A stretch of 64,000 nt of DNA from Octopus sinensis (Eukaryota), in NCBI RefSeq assembly GCF_006345805.1, contig NC_043011.1, positions 62,570,464-62,634,463 on the forward strand. Reading direction: 5' to 3'. Position 1 is the first letter of the stretch. Every line of letters starts with the position of its first letter. The position numbers and the translations under genes were made by a program. The notes under the pieces were generated by a model. It had not been told where the DNA came from and made no database searches. It saw only the letters and a list, made by a program, of their open reading frames with translations. Shown here in pieces: positions 14,402 to 28,716 of the stretch.

Positions 14402-14789
14402 AGAGGCAGACAGACAGATAAAACGTGAATTAATGTGTTTTAAACAAGGAATTGGTCGTGTCATGTGGGCGTTATATCAAATACTTTGCAATATTGATTC
14501 CGTCTCCTGGCATCCTGAGTTCAAATACCACCGATGAATACTTACTTCTTTATTGCCCACAAGGGGCTAAACATAGAGGGGACAAAAAAGGACAGACAAA
14601 CGGATTAAGTCGATTACATCGACCCCAGTGCGTAACTGGTACTTAATTTATCGACCCCAAAAGGATGAAAGGCAAAGTCGACCTCGGCGAAATTTGAACT
14701 CACAACGTGACGGCAGACGAAATACAGCTACGCATTTCGCCCGGCGTGATAACGTTTCTGCCAGCTCGCCAAATGCTAGCGTCACATTG

Positions 14790-15560
14790 GTGTCCATTCT
14801 TCTTGCATGGTGTGTTAAGTCTGTTAAAGAAACTGACTGTGGTCAGATCTACTATCCGCCATATTTAAAAATACACGAAGCAAACTGTGTTTTGATGGCA
14901 GCCATGCAACGGCTCTAACAAGTGTTGAGAGAAAGCAGAACCAAAATGTTGGCCTTCATACCAGAATGTCCGCAAGACCTCAATATGTCCAAGGGAGGAT
15001 TGTAACATTAAATCAGATGCAGAGGGACCAAGGCAAAGCGATTATGGATGTAGAGTGACAGCAATAATGTTATTAGTTGGTCCGTCCTTGCCCGATGACC
15101 AGGGACATCACATGCGAGACGACAGGGCGTGGTGTGCCTGGCTGAGGCCAATCAGATTGGTGTGTGCCCGGAAAGCTCTGCTGTGACCGAAGGTAGGGAT
15201 GTGGCTCTCGACTTGCATAGTTCAAGTTTTCTCTGGACTCCTGCAATCTTATTCGTAGGAGGTAGCACATCTGTCGGTGCAGCATCGCGAGGCAGGGTGG
15301 ACTTGCGCTTTCCTTTCTCAAGTGTCAAGCTCGATATGAAATCTATTCAGTGGTGAGCCTTTTGAATGTATCCTTGAAGTTCTTTTTCAGTCCACATTGC
15401 ATCCTCTTGTCTTCTACCAGTTCGCTGTAAAACAGTCACGCGGAGATTCGCATGTCAGGCTTTCGAAGAAGGTGGCCTACTCACCTGACTTATGCTCCCC
15501 TCATTAGTATGTAAATGCTTGGCGGATCAGCTCAAGAGTGGACCGTCGAATGGAAGAACT
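14790..15560 (-). mobile_element. Decayed RTE (BovB-like) LINE 3' end
   Basis: Minus strand translates GHLLRKPDMRISA*LFYSELVEDKRMQCGLKKNFKD, typical of the RTE C-terminus. Boundaries are approximate. Confidence 0.75.
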
Positions 15561-15920
15561 TCACTTGTTAGGTGATGTTCAGCAGCTTTATGAGGCGGTT
15601 AGTGTCGTGCTGGGAATAAAAGCATCAAACTTTAAAAAGGATACCAAAATTAAAATAATATTTGACGAAATTGATTTTACAGTATGATACAAAGAATGTC
15701 TCAACGTTTCAGACGTTAGACTTTCATTAGAAGAAAAAGAAGAGGAAAGCTTATGGGATCTGGGAAATCGAAATAATCAATGCATCACAAAATACGGAAG
15801 AACGACACAGGAGGAAAGCAAAAGGATGAAAATGGTGTGTAAGCGCTCTTCTCCCGGGAGGATGGTAAAAAGTGAGAATTAGGCGTTTGTGCCGAGGCAG
15901 CTATCTGGGCTCATCGAATA

Positions 15921-16763
15921 TTGGGTCATCCCATAAATAATACGTTTTGTTCTTCTTTTGTTTTAAAATTAAGATAAACAAAGTTATTTTTTAATATACG
16001 ATACGCGCTCCTTCATTTTCTGGTAGACTTGCCAGACTCCGCTTCCAAAATCCCCTTGTCCGTGACGAAATGTACTCCTCCAGTACGTTTCCGACCTCGT
16101 CCAGAGAATTCATATTTGTTTCCGTCCAACGGATATTGAAGACTGCGGATGATTAGATGGGGGATTGTCCGGAAAATATGGTGAGTGGGGCATCGTTTTC
16201 CATTCAAACTGCTCCAGCCTTTGGAATGTCATCCTTGCTGTATGTGGCCGAGAATTATCCTGATGAAAGAACACCTTTCGTTTTGAAACGGAAGATGGTC
16301 GTTTTCCGATGTCAGGGAGATGTCGATGAATAGGTGGATAACCAAATTCATTGCTTCTCTGCTAGTTTCTCAACAGTTATGATGGGATTTTGTTCAACCA
16401 GAGTTTCCAGGCCGTTGTCGTCGAGCTCTACAAATCTTCCAGGAAAAGCTTGTCTTCTAGGCTATAGTTTCCGGTTAAACGCTTATTGTCCGATCCGCAT
16501 ATACTGCATTAATATTCCGTTGCGTTGTCGCTTATATTGAACTCATAAAGCGAAATATGCTGTATACACTCCTTTGTCACTTTCGTTATAGCTTTGAAAA
16601 GACAGCTGTTAAAATCGAAATGCATCCTTCAAAACTTGCACTAAAAAGAGGCACCAGGTAAGATTAGTACCTGATTTTATAGCAAGTTGATGCAGGTAGT
16701 TTATCCCGTCCCCCTCCACTTTTACTTCTTTGAAAAGACTGCATTATTTATGAGATGACCCAA
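15921..16763 (-). mobile_element. Internally deleted mariner element
   Basis: TIRs TTGGGTCATCYCATAAATAAT with TA TSD at both ends. Minus-strand relics KVTKECIQHISLYEFN, FFHQDNSRPHTA and PHSPYFPD. Confidence 0.9.
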
Positions 16764-16793
16764 TATAAAGATGATCTCTCACTCTTTCTCTCT

Positions 16794-16825
<32 letters not shown>

Positions 16826-16969
16826 CTACATTACATATATATATAGATATATATAATAATATATATATATATATATACACACATATATATATATATATAT
16901 AGATATATATATACACAAATATATATATATAAATATAATACATACACTATATATATATATATATACACA

Positions 16970-17033
<64 letters not shown>

Positions 17034-17076
17034 TATAGATAGATAGATAGATAGGTAGATAGATATATATATATAA

Positions 17077-17478
17077 TACTCTTTACTCTTTTACTGTTTC
17101 AGTCATTTGAATGCGGCCATGCTGGAGCACCGCCTTTAGTCGAGCAAATCGACCCCGGGCTTATTCTTTGTAAGCCCAGTACTTATTCTATCGGTCTTTT
17201 TGCCGAACCGCTAAGTGACGGGACGTAAACACACCAGCATCGTTGTCAAGCAATGCTAGGGGGACAAAAACACAGACAACAACACACACATACATATATA
17301 TATATATATACATATATACGACAGGCTTCTTTCAGTTTCCGTCTACCAAATCCACTCACAAGGCATTGGTCGGCCCGGGGCTATAGCAGAAGACACTTGC
17401 CCAAGATGCCACGCAGTGGGACTGAACCTGGAACCATGTGGTTGGTTAGCAAGCTACTTACCACACAGCCACTCCTGA
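17077..17478 (-). mobile_element. Same CORE-type SINE family, full length
   Basis: Reverse-complement match to 21845-22256. Confidence 0.85.
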
Positions 17479-17990
17479 TATAGTTAATTTATTTTCCGTT
17501 TTCCTACTAAATTCAAATTCTACCACAGACAACTTTACTTATCCTCCTTCCAGTGAAGTACTGACACAAATAGTACTGAATACTCTACATTCTCTCAAAA
17601 TTCTCGGCTTAGTACTAAATCATAGACAATTAATATCCTTATCATTCTTCATTACAATTTATCCTGCATTTTATTCTTAAATAACAAAAAGAAAACATTG
17701 AAGACGAATCGTTCTCCAAAACAAGATGAATGAGTTTCCTCTGTTTCCTTTCACCTCACGGACGAACATGTATTCCTCTTCTCACACACTATTCTCGTAC
17801 ATACACACGTACGCACACAGAACCCCCTCCACATACACATACAAACACACAGGTATTTACATAAATGCGTACAGATAGATTATACATACGTCCATACAAT
17901 TATATAGACTTATTACCGTATATATATATAATACACGCACATAATACATACTAACATACATACATGTGTATATACATACTAACATACATA

Positions 17991-18035
<45 letters not shown>

Positions 18036-18613
18036 GAATATGTATATATGAGTGTGAATATGTGAACAAACATCTTATACACAAGTGAGTTTATGGACAC
18101 TTAGAAAAATTTCATTCTAATTTCTTTCTTGGTAATAAATTGGTCTACAAGAGTATCATTACTTATCTTCTTCCAAACGGTTTATCACTGGCACCATTCC
18201 AAAGTAAACCCACACTCAATAAAAAACAACAACAAACAAGTAAATAAAGGTAGTACCAATTCCCATTTCGAGAGGAATATAAGACAGTACGCAAAATAAC
18301 AACGTATTCCTTTTCTCATAAAGACACAATGCCCGAAATTTCGGGGGACAGGATCAATCAATTAGATCGACCACAGTACACAAATGGTAGTTAATTTATC
18401 GATCCCGAAAGGATGAAAGGCAAAGTCGACCTCGGCGGAATTTGAACGTAGCGGCAAACAAAATACCACAAGGGGCTAAACAGAGAGGGGCCAAACAAGG
18501 ACAGGCAAACGGATTAATTGATTAAATCGACCCCAGTGCGTAACTGGTACTTAATTTATCGGTTCCGAAAACATGAAAGGCAAAGTCGACCTCGGCGGAA
18601 TTTGAACTCCGAA

Positions 18614-18940
18614 CGTAACGGCAGACGAAATACAGCTACGCATTTCACCCGACGTGCTAAAGTTTCTGTCAGCTCGCCGCCTTATAATATCAAAATATTT
18701 GATGATCTAAAATGTTTCAAGTACATAATATTTTGAACGGATCTATTAAATGTTTAAAAATCCATTATATATATATATATAACGGCAGACGAAATACAGC
18801 TACGAATTCCACCCGACGTGCGAAAGTTTCTGTCAGCTCGCCGCCTTATAATAACAAGATATTTCATGATCTAGAATGTTTCAAGTTCATAATATTTTGA
18901 ACGGATCTATTAAATGTTCAAAAACCCATTATATATATTA
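18614..18940. repeat. ~165-bp tandem duplication immediately 5' of the LINE
   Basis: AACGGCAGACGAAATACAGCTACG...CCATTATATAT occurs twice. Confidence 0.85.
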
Positions 18941-21827
18941 CATACCACAGTATGCTGTACTACGGACCGACAGGAAAGAAAGGAGTCATGGAGGTGTTGC
19001 TATGTACATCCGTGAGGACCTCACACCCCAGGTCCTCTTGTCATACTCAAACTCGGTGTGTGACACACTAATTGTACATATTAGGCAACTTGATGTAGTT
19101 GTGTGTGCTACATATCGCCCTCCAGATTCCCCAAGCCATGTGGGCAAGTTTGAAGACTGCCTTATAAAATAGAAGAAATTCTAACCACATTAGAAAAAAA
19201 CATAGGTGTGCTTCTTATGGGAGACTTCAATCTGCCCAATGTCAGATGGCCCGAGGGCCTTTCTCTCCCAGGAATGACAAGATGTGAACGAGGACAGGCG
19301 AGGTCCCTCCTGAACCTCATCAACACCTGTACATGGAGCAGGTAATACTCCAACCAACCAGGGCAGGTAACACACTGGATCTCTGCTTCACAAATGACAT
19401 GGATCTCATCCATAATGTGAAAGTGACACCGACACTACTCTCGGATCACAACATGATAGAGCTGACCATGTACGGGCCAAAGAGAGCACGGACATGCAGC
19501 CTAAAAGAAACCCTCAAAATCTTTCCAGCTTGAACTACCATAAGGCAAACTGGAAACAAATGAGAAAGAGATCCTCAAACAAAACTGGCCTAAATGTCTC
19601 TCCTCGCCAGACATCGACGTGAAACTTCAACAATTCATGTCTGTAATGCAAGCCATATGCTACAAATGTGTCCCAGAGAGAAAGGCACTGTACAAGAACA
19701 AAATCCCCAGAGAGAGGAAAATTTTAATGAGACGGCGTACGAAATTATCAAATCGCCTAAACAAACAGATTGAAAGCAGTGAAAAGTCCCGCCTAAAAAT
19801 AAAACTGTTGGAAATCGAAAAATGTCTGCAACTCTCCCATGAAAAAGAAAGAGCAGACAGAGAAGCCTGGGCTATAGAAAACATAAAATCTAACCCCAGA
19901 GCTTTCTACAGGTATGCCAAAGAAACAGCTACAGTGCACTGTAGAATAGGGCCACTCCTCGAAAAGGATGGCACACTTACAGGAAAACCAATGAGGGTAA
20001 GTGAAATACTGAATGAGCAATTCAAGAGTTTTCACTCCACCCCTTGGGCATCTCCAAATCACCAATCCAACTGACTTTTTTACCACTGCAGATATAAAAT
20101 CAGAGGCGGCGACGATAGATTACATCGATATAAAGGAAGACGATGTAACCAAGGCTATAGATGAAATGAAAACAGACTCAGCTACTGGCCCCGATGGATT
20201 CCCGGCAATCCTCCTAAAAGCATGTAAGAGAGTCCTAGCAAGACCACTGCAGTTCCTCTTTCAGAGCTTCCTTGCAGCTGGCAAACTTCCAGGAAAACTG
20301 AAGGAAGGTAAAATATGCCCCATTCATAAAGGAGGTAGCAGAGCGGAAGCCAAGAACTATAGACCTATCTCTCTGACCTCACACATCAGCAAGGTCATGG
20401 AACGAATAGTCAGAAGGAAGCTGATCACCTTCCTTGAAGAGAATGACTTGCTGCCCGACACCCAACATGGTTTCCGACCAGGGAGAAGCTGTTTAACTCA
20501 GCTCCTACAACACTATGACTGGGTGCTGAAACGGCTGCTCAACCACTCAAATGTGGAAGTGATATATCTCGACTTGCAAGGCCTTTGATAAAGTCGATCA
20601 TGGAATGATATGTCACAAACTGCGTGATCTCAACATAGTTGGAAAACTGGGAGAATGGCTTCATGACTTTCTGAAGGATAGAAGTCAGGTGGTAGTAGCC
20701 AATGGGGCCACCTCCATTAAAACACAAATAGTGAGCGGTGTTCCCCAGGGCACTGTTCTGGGACCACTACTGTTCATAATGGCCCTCTCAGACATGCCCT
20801 CAGCCACGCAGAGAGCCACGATCACAAGTTATGCAGATGATACAAAAGTTTCACAGGCAATACAGAACCCTGAGGACACTAAACACCTGCAATGTGAGCT
20901 GGACGAAATATACAAGTGGGCTGAAAAGAATAGCATGCAGTTCAATGCTGGAAAGTTTCAAGCTTTATACTATCAGCATGCAAAACTGAATGCAATACCC
21001 AATGAATACACTGGACCCGGAGGGATTGTAATCCCAGAGGCACAATCAGTGCGTGACCTGGGTATTCACATGAGTGATGACGCGACCTTTCATGTACATG
21101 TTGCTAAACTGACAATGAAATGTAGACGGCTGGCTGGCTGGATCTTAGAACCTTTAGAACAAGAGAACAAGAAACCATGATGGTCCTCTGGAAGACACTT
21201 GTCCTAAGCCACTTTGACTATTGCTCTCAGCTATGGTCACCATCCAGTGTCAAGTTGATCACAGAACTTGAGGCGATCCAACGAAGCTACACAAAGAAGA
21301 TAGCCTCTATGCAGAATGTAAGCTACTGGGAAAGACTCAAGAGATTAAAATTATATTCCCTGGAGCGTAGGCGGGAAAGATATGCCATAATATACATCTG
21401 GAAGATCCGAGGGAAGTGTCCTGAACTTTGGCATCGAGAGTTACGCAAATGCCAGAACTGGGCGTCACTGCGTGGTGCCTAGGACTCCAAACCTGCCATC
21501 AAGATGTAGGACAAGATTCTGTGATAGCCTGGGCTTCCGAGGCCCACAGCTCTTCAATATCCTCCCGAAGAACCTGAGAGACCTGCATGGGGTGGATACA
21601 GATGTCTTTAAAATGAAGCTGGATCTCTTCCTGTCAGGTGTCCCAGATGAACCAACTTCACGGCAGGAGGGGCAGATGAGGGCAGCTGCATCGAACTCTC
21701 TCATGCACCAAATAGCAGTTGCTAGAAAGCCTCCATGAAGTGAAACCAAGTAGCAACACCAAATGGCGGTGCCCCAGCATGGTCACAGCTCATAAGCTGA
21801 AACTAGAATCAATCAATCAATCAATCA
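18941..21827 (+). mobile_element. CR1-group non-LTR retrotransposon, 5'-truncated ORF2 (APE + RT), frameshifted
   Basis: APE motifs: HGGVAMYI, GDFNLP, TLDL, LSDH. RT motifs: ATGPDG, NYRPISLT, QHGFRPGRSC, GVPQGTVLGP, YADD. C-terminal YSLERRRERY; (AATC)n tail. Confidence 0.93.
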
Positions 21828-21844
21828 TGTATATATATATATAG

Positions 21845-22256
21845 GAGCAGGAGTGGCTGTGTGGTAAGTGGCTTGCTAACCAACCACATGGCTCCGGGTT
21901 CAGTCCCACTGCGTGGCATCTTGGGCAAGTGTCTTCTGCTATAGTCTCGGGCCGACCAATGCCTTGTGAGTGGATTTGGTAGACGGAAACTGAAAGAAGC
22001 CTGTCGTATATATGTATGTATATATATATGTATGTGTGTGTTTGTGTGTCTGTGTTTGTCCCCCTAGCATTGCTTGACAACCGATGCTGGTGTGTTTACG
22101 TCCCCGTCACTTAGCGGTTCGGCAAAAGAGACCGATAGAATAAGTACTGGGCTTACAAAGAATAAGTCCTGGGGTCGATTTGGTCGACTAAAGGCGGTGC
22201 TCCAGCATGGCCGCTGTCAAATGACTGAAACAAGTAAAAGAGTAAAAGAGTAAAAG
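21845..22256 (+). mobile_element. tRNA-derived CORE-type SINE, full length
   Basis: tRNA-like head (TGGCTGTGTGG...GGGTTCAGTCCC), CORE-like TTGGGCAAGT, internal (TA/TG)n, LINE-like tail and (GTAAAAGA)n end. Confidence 0.85.
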
Positions 22257-22271
22257 TGTATATATATATAA

Positions 22272-22662
22272 TCTTTTACTTCTTTCAGTAATTTGACTGT
22301 AGCCATACTGGAGTACAACCTTTAGTCGAGCAAATCGACCCCAGGCCTTATCCTTTGTAAGCTTAGTACTTATTCAATCGGGTTTATTTGCCGAACCGCT
22401 AAGTTACGGGGACGTAAACACACTAGCATCAGTTGTCAAGCGACGTTGGGGGCACAAACACAGACACACAAACACACATATATATTTTATATATACATAT
22501 ATACGACGGGCTTCTTTCAGTTTTATTTACCAAATCCACTCACAAGGCTTTGGTCGGCCCGAGGCTATAGTAGAAGACACTTGGCCAAGGAGCCACGTAG
22601 TGAGACTGAACCGGAACCATGTGGTTGGTAAGCAAGCTACTTACCACACAGCCATCCCTACG
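22272..22662 (-). mobile_element. Same CORE-type SINE family, tail-to-tail with the previous copy
   Basis: Reverse-complement match to 21845-22256. Confidence 0.82.
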
Positions 22663-22687
22663 CCTATATTACATACATACACATACA

Positions 22688-22764
<77 letters not shown>

Positions 22765-22771
<7 letters not shown>

Positions 22772-23530
22772 GTGCTGAAGGGTAGAAAATAGGATGTTTT
22801 TAATGTAGCACTCACACCAACGATTGTATATTATAAAATATTATCGTGATCATATTTATTCATACACACACACGCACGCACTCACATACACATACACACA
22901 CACATATACCAGGTGGTGCTATTAAGTTAGACATGGCCTGGGCCAATAATGGCCGAAACCTATCAAAGTGTCAAAGTATATGTATATATATACACATAGA
23001 TTATATACACACGTAAGCTAATAATCACTAAGAAGAATTCGTTCTCATTTCTTTCTTGGTAATAAATTGGTCTACAAGAACATAATTAGTTATTTTCTTC
23101 CAAACGGTTTATCATTGGCAACATTCCAAAATACACCCACACTCAATAAAAAAATATAGAAACTATAAACAAACAGCTAAATAAGGATGATACCAATTCC
23201 CTGTTCGAGAGGAATATCAGACGTTGGGCAAAATAACACTGTATTCCATGATCTAAAATGTTTCAAGTACATAATATTTTGAAATGGCCTATTAAATGGT
23301 TTAAAATCCATTATTTAAGTTCTTTTTAAATGCCAAGACCTATAATAAAATGTATGTTTTATTATCGAGTTTCTTGTGAACAGGCTTTTCTTTGGTTTCG
23401 CAACATCGAGAATATAAATAATTCTATGACCGCCACTGACATCTATTAAATGTATATATATACATTAAACGTATGCGCATACACACATACATTAAACAGG
23501 TGCATATACACATATACCATATATATACAT

Positions 23531-23576
<46 letters not shown>

Positions 23577-24358
23577 TATATAATATATATATCAGAGGTG
23601 CTGAAAGGGTAGAAAGATAGATGTTGTTAATGTAGCACTCACACCAACGATTGTATATTATAAAATATTATCGTGATCATATTTATTCATCACACACACG
23701 CACGCACTCACATACAATACACACACACATATACCAGGTGGTGCTATTAAGTTAGACATGGCCTGGGCCAATAATGGCCGAACCTATCAAAGTGTCAAAG
23801 TATATGTATATATATACACATAGATTATATACACGTTAGCTAATAATCACTAAGAAGAATTCGTTCTCATTTCTTTCTTGGTAATAAATTGGTCTACAAG
23901 AACATAATTAGTTATTTTTTCTTCCAACGGTTTATCATTGGCAACATTCCAAAATACACCCACACTCAATAAAAAAATAGAAAACTATAAACAAACAGCT
24001 AAATAAGGATGATACCCATTCCCTGTTCGAGAGGAATATCAGACGTTGGGCAAAATAACACTGTATTCCATGATCTAAAATGTTTCAAGTACATAATATT
24101 TTGAAATGGCCTATTAAATGTTTAAAATCCATTATTTAAGTTCTTTTTAAATGCCAAGACCTATAATAAAATGTATGTTTTATTATCGAGTTTCTTGTGA
24201 ACAGGCTTTTCTTTGGTTTCGCAACATCGAGAATATAAATAATTCTATGACCGCCACTGACATCTATTAAATGTATATATATACATTAAACGTATGCGCA
24301 TACACACATACATTAAACAGGTGCATATACACATAACCATATATATACATACACACAC

Positions 24359-24391
<33 letters not shown>

Positions 24392-24400
24392 ATATATATA
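22765..24400. repeat. ~825-bp tandem duplication, two copies joined in (TA)n
   Basis: ATCAGAGGTGCTGAA... starts near 22765 and 23590. The copies are near-identical, differing mostly by small indels. Confidence 0.9.
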
Positions 24401-25075
24401 TATGGTGTGCAAAACCCATGTGTCAGAACGGTAAAACCATTGTGGAAGTTTTGCGATAGGTAAAATATAATTCGAATAAGACGAAACAAGACTTTAACAA
24501 GTCTTTGATGATCAGTTGCGGTGCCAAATATGTTTTCAATGCCTGTTCACACAATATAAACGGGTGAAACATTTTATACGATATTTGCGGTTTTAAAGAT
24601 TACGGTGGCATTCCTGCAGCATCAAATATGCACTCTAACATTTTTACCTATATCGTTTTGCTAATATCGGTGAACCTATATGGCTATACTATCGACATAA
24701 GCAAAATCCAATGGCTGCCAATATAAGCAAAGCACAATATCAGGCTAAGAGTGCAACTTTGATACAAGTTGGAAGAGAAGTGCCATCTTTTTTTGTGGTC
24801 GATAAAATAAAATACCAGATGAGTGCTAGGGTGGATGCAATCTATTAGCATCTATTCAACGTCCTGATTTTCATATTTTTCATCGTTATTTGAGGAAAAG
24901 AAAGAGTACGAAACGTCGTTCCCGTTTCCATTCCTCTGAGCTTCAAATTAGTAATTTTCATCGTGAACCTATTCCATTTCGCTTTCTTTCTTCTCACACT
25001 CATCTATCTATATTTGTATGTATGTATGTATGTATGTATGTATGTATGTATGTATGTATGTATGTATGTATGTGA

Positions 25076-25428
25076 TTTAAGGACTGTGTCAAGTCCTCTT
25101 TAAAAGCCTGTGATATGTAGGAGACTGACTGGGAGAGCAATGCCTGTCATCGCCGCACATGATGGAAGCAGGTTAGGGAGAAGATCGACACCTTTGAGAG
25201 AGCACGTATTTTGCAGAAAGACCTTAAGCGTGCTCTTCGGAGGCGTACTGCTGATGTAATGAATGGGGATAGCTTGGCTTGCAATGTTTGCAGTCGTGTA
25301 TGCTTGCCAAGAATAGGGCTCATTAGCCACCAATGGAGCCGCAAATGCAAAATATAAGTTAGTCCTAGAGCGCACAATGTTCCTGAAGGTCAGCAATGGT
25401 GTTCTTCGGTCACAAGTGGACGGCCATC
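25076..25428 (+). mobile_element. RTE LINE 3' end embedded in (TATG)n
   Basis: Translates FKDCVKSSLKACDM*ETDWE...CNVCSRVCLPRIGLISH, the RTE C-terminal Cys/His motif. (TATG)n lies on both sides. Confidence 0.82.
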
Positions 25429-26839
25429 ATGTATATATGTATGTATGCATGTATGTATGTATGTTGTATGTATGTATGTGTATGTATGTATGCATGCATG
25501 TATGTATGCATGTATGTATGAATGTATGTATGTATGTATGTATGTATGTATGTATAAATGCATATATGCATGTATGTATAAATGCATATATGTATGTATG
25601 TATGCATATATGTATGTATGTATGCATATTATGTATGTATGCATATATGTATGTATGTTTGTATGTATGTATGTATGTATGTATGCATGTATGTATGCAT
25701 GTATGCATGTAAAGAATATATATAGCTAGTGTTAGCTTTGAAAGACTTTGTACATTGTATCATATAATTACATAGATCTGATTGTCTTTCTTAGAAACTG
25801 TATTTTATCATTCCTCGAAAATGAAAAGGTTAATTTTACCTTGGAGGAATTTTAACCTAGACATTAAGGGCATTTGAATCTCAAAACGAAACATTTTCCC
25901 TGAAATTCCAAGGGATTATACCACCATAGTTTTATCGAAGCTGAATTAAAATGTGAAACCCATCTATTGTTGAAATCAAAGCTGCGAAATCTTTAAGAAT
26001 TGCCAAAATGTTATAATTACAGATTTAATCTTACAAATACATTTGGCATCCAGTGTTACTCATGAGAATCAATTATACCGACAAAAAAAAAAAAAGGAAG
26101 TAGGGCTTTATTAGGATTTCTCTTTATTCCACAGCGTTCTTCGACGGTGGAAGATTAATTCTAAATGCCTGAACGTTTGCACGATTAAACCGTGTACTTT
26201 TTCATATTCAAATCTCTTTGTTCCTCTTCTGTCTCGTACCTCAATACGGTGACGTCAGAAACAGTTAAACGATGAAGCAATAATAACGAGCGGAGCTTTC
26301 TAATTGTTAATTCAGATTAGTTTCCATGGGATCATTAAGAAATCATTAAAAAGCCAAGGATCCTTTCTCAATCTTTCCTAAAAGCTTGAAGCAATTTTGT
26401 TTATTAATGAAAAAGAGGAAACTAGAACGGCAAAGACAGAAAGGGAGAGAGAGAGAGAGAAATAGAGATAAATAGATAGCTACAGAAGAAGAGAGAGAGA
26501 GCGGGCGAGAGAGTGATAGAAAGTGAGGTAGAGAGGAATATTAATCTAGAGAGTTATTTCTTTATTTCTTTGATGTAGTTTCACTTCTGGATTGGTTCCG
26601 TTTCATAGCAGTTGCGCACACGCAGAAAAAGAAAAGAAAAAAAGAAAACATGCATAAAAATATTCTAATCATAAAACCGGATCCGCCAGCAACGTGAGTT
26701 GACTAGAGTGATGGTTAAAATTCCGTATGCTTTAGTTGGGAATCTCTAGTTTCTGGGTTCAAATTTCAACACAATCGAATTGGGCAATCGTCCTCCCTAA
26801 GACTATAACCAGGTTCAACATTTTAAATTCGATTTGATA

Positions 26840-27087
26840 CAGGGTGTTCAAAAAGTTTCTCCGCAGTATTTTATTGCAAAGTAAATATTTATAAGACAGC
26901 AAAAGAATATATCAGACTTTACAAAACTTAAAAACTTTATAAGAAATGTTGAAAGCATCGTCCTTTATTTTCACTAAGTAAGTTTAAACGTCTCCACATG
27001 TTTTGAAATACATCTTGGAGAGTCAGATTCCTGGAGAATCAGGATGGAAAAAAAAATTCACTGCGGAGAGACTTTTTGAACACTCTG
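26840..27087. mobile_element. Tc1/mariner-type MITE (248 bp)
   Basis: ~28-bp TIR CAGGGTGTTCAAAAAGTTTCTCCGCAGT / ACTGCGGAGAGACTTTTTGAACACTCTG with TA on both sides. Confidence 0.85.
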
Positions 27088-27248
27088 TATAGGATTCTTG
27101 CGAGATCAACTTTGGGAATCTATGCTCAAATTTATGTTCCATTAAGTCGAATTGAATGAAAATTGAATTGTAGATATTAGGTGTAATCAAATCTGATCTA
27201 CCCGCACCATTATATATAATATATATATATATATAGATATATATATAG

Positions 27249-27285
<37 letters not shown>

Positions 27286-27589
27286 TACAGACAGACAGAG
27301 ACAGAGAAAGACAGAGACAGTTTTAGATACCTTTCTTTGTGTCAGTCACAGGTTTGCGGTCATGCTGGAGCACCGTCTTGAACTATTTTCAGTTTAACAC
27401 GGATCGACACCAGTGTTTACTTGTATATAATCAGAATAATCTGCACTTTTTGCTAAAACGCTAAGTTACAGGGACGTAAACAAACGAACACAAGATGCCT
27501 AGTGGTGCTGGTAGTGAAGCATAAACACAAACACACACTCACACACATACATATGTCTGTATGTGTGTGTATGTGTGTGTGTGTGTATG

Positions 27590-27634
<45 letters not shown>

Positions 27635-28521
27635 TGTATAGGTCGGGATACTTTTAAGTTTCCCTCAGGCCAATGTACTCCCAGGTTCTGTTCTAGTGGT
27701 TGCTGCAGTCGGGTACAACGACATCTGGTGTGACGCAGGATTACTGAACCCGACACAGTGCGGTTGGGAAGATATCTCTTTATCTGAGAAAGACATCACC
27801 ATTTTCATACTTTAGACTAAGATAACATTCTCGAAACTTCAGGCCTCCAGCCTAATGAAGAAGACGATATTTAAGTCAGATACAATCATTTATCGCATGA
27901 ATTGCTTTATCTGAGATCGGCAGGCGACTGCTATTTCTAGCAGTTCGAGTGAACACACAGAGGCTACTTAATCATTCGTTCAAAAGTTCTGTGTTCACGG
28001 TGTTGAGTTGGACGAACGTAATGGGAAGACAAAGACAATAGACTAACGAAAATTGAAGATTTTAATCTCTATAATAGATCATGGAAAGCCATTCCACAAG
28101 GTAGTTGTTATTTATTCCGGTCACATTTGGTTAAGTGTTACGTTTGGGGTTGATAAAGTATTGCAAGATATTGTTTTGACAGTTTTAGCTGATCAATGCA
28201 TTTGATAAGGGGAGAGATGATGCAAAATTTCGTCTTGGCTCTGTGTGTGTGTATCTACATATGTGTATATATATATATATACATATATATATATGTATAT
28301 ATATATGTGTATATATATATATGTGTATATATATATATATATGTACATATGCGTATATATATGCATATATATATATGTATAAATATATATATATGTAGAT
28401 ATATACTGACACATTTATAAATATACTTACGCGCGACCGCATGAGTATGTGTGCTGGTGTCTGAGTGAGTGTGCTTACATGTGTGATGTAGCACATATAT
28501 GTATGCATGTATGTATTTTCG

Positions 28522-28567
<46 letters not shown>

Positions 28568-28716
28568 ATATATATAATTATATTTATATTTATACATATA
28601 TATATGTATATACAATTTGATAGGATAAAATCTTTATAAGAATTTATCAGGTAGTTAACGTTAAAAACCTCATAAAGAAAGATCCATCAATTTTTCGCTT
28701 ATATCTATTTATATTA

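Noticed and set aside
15700-15890. Possible exon (DVRLSLEEKEEESLWDLG...)
   Set aside because: There is no homology and the donor is weak. The start overlaps a decayed minus-strand hammerhead-like motif (CTAATGA...GAAACGTT), suggesting a repeat relic.
16259-16300. CTGATGA...GAAAC hammerhead-like string
   Set aside because: It is the antisense of the mariner HQDN coding motif and has no helix I or UH site.
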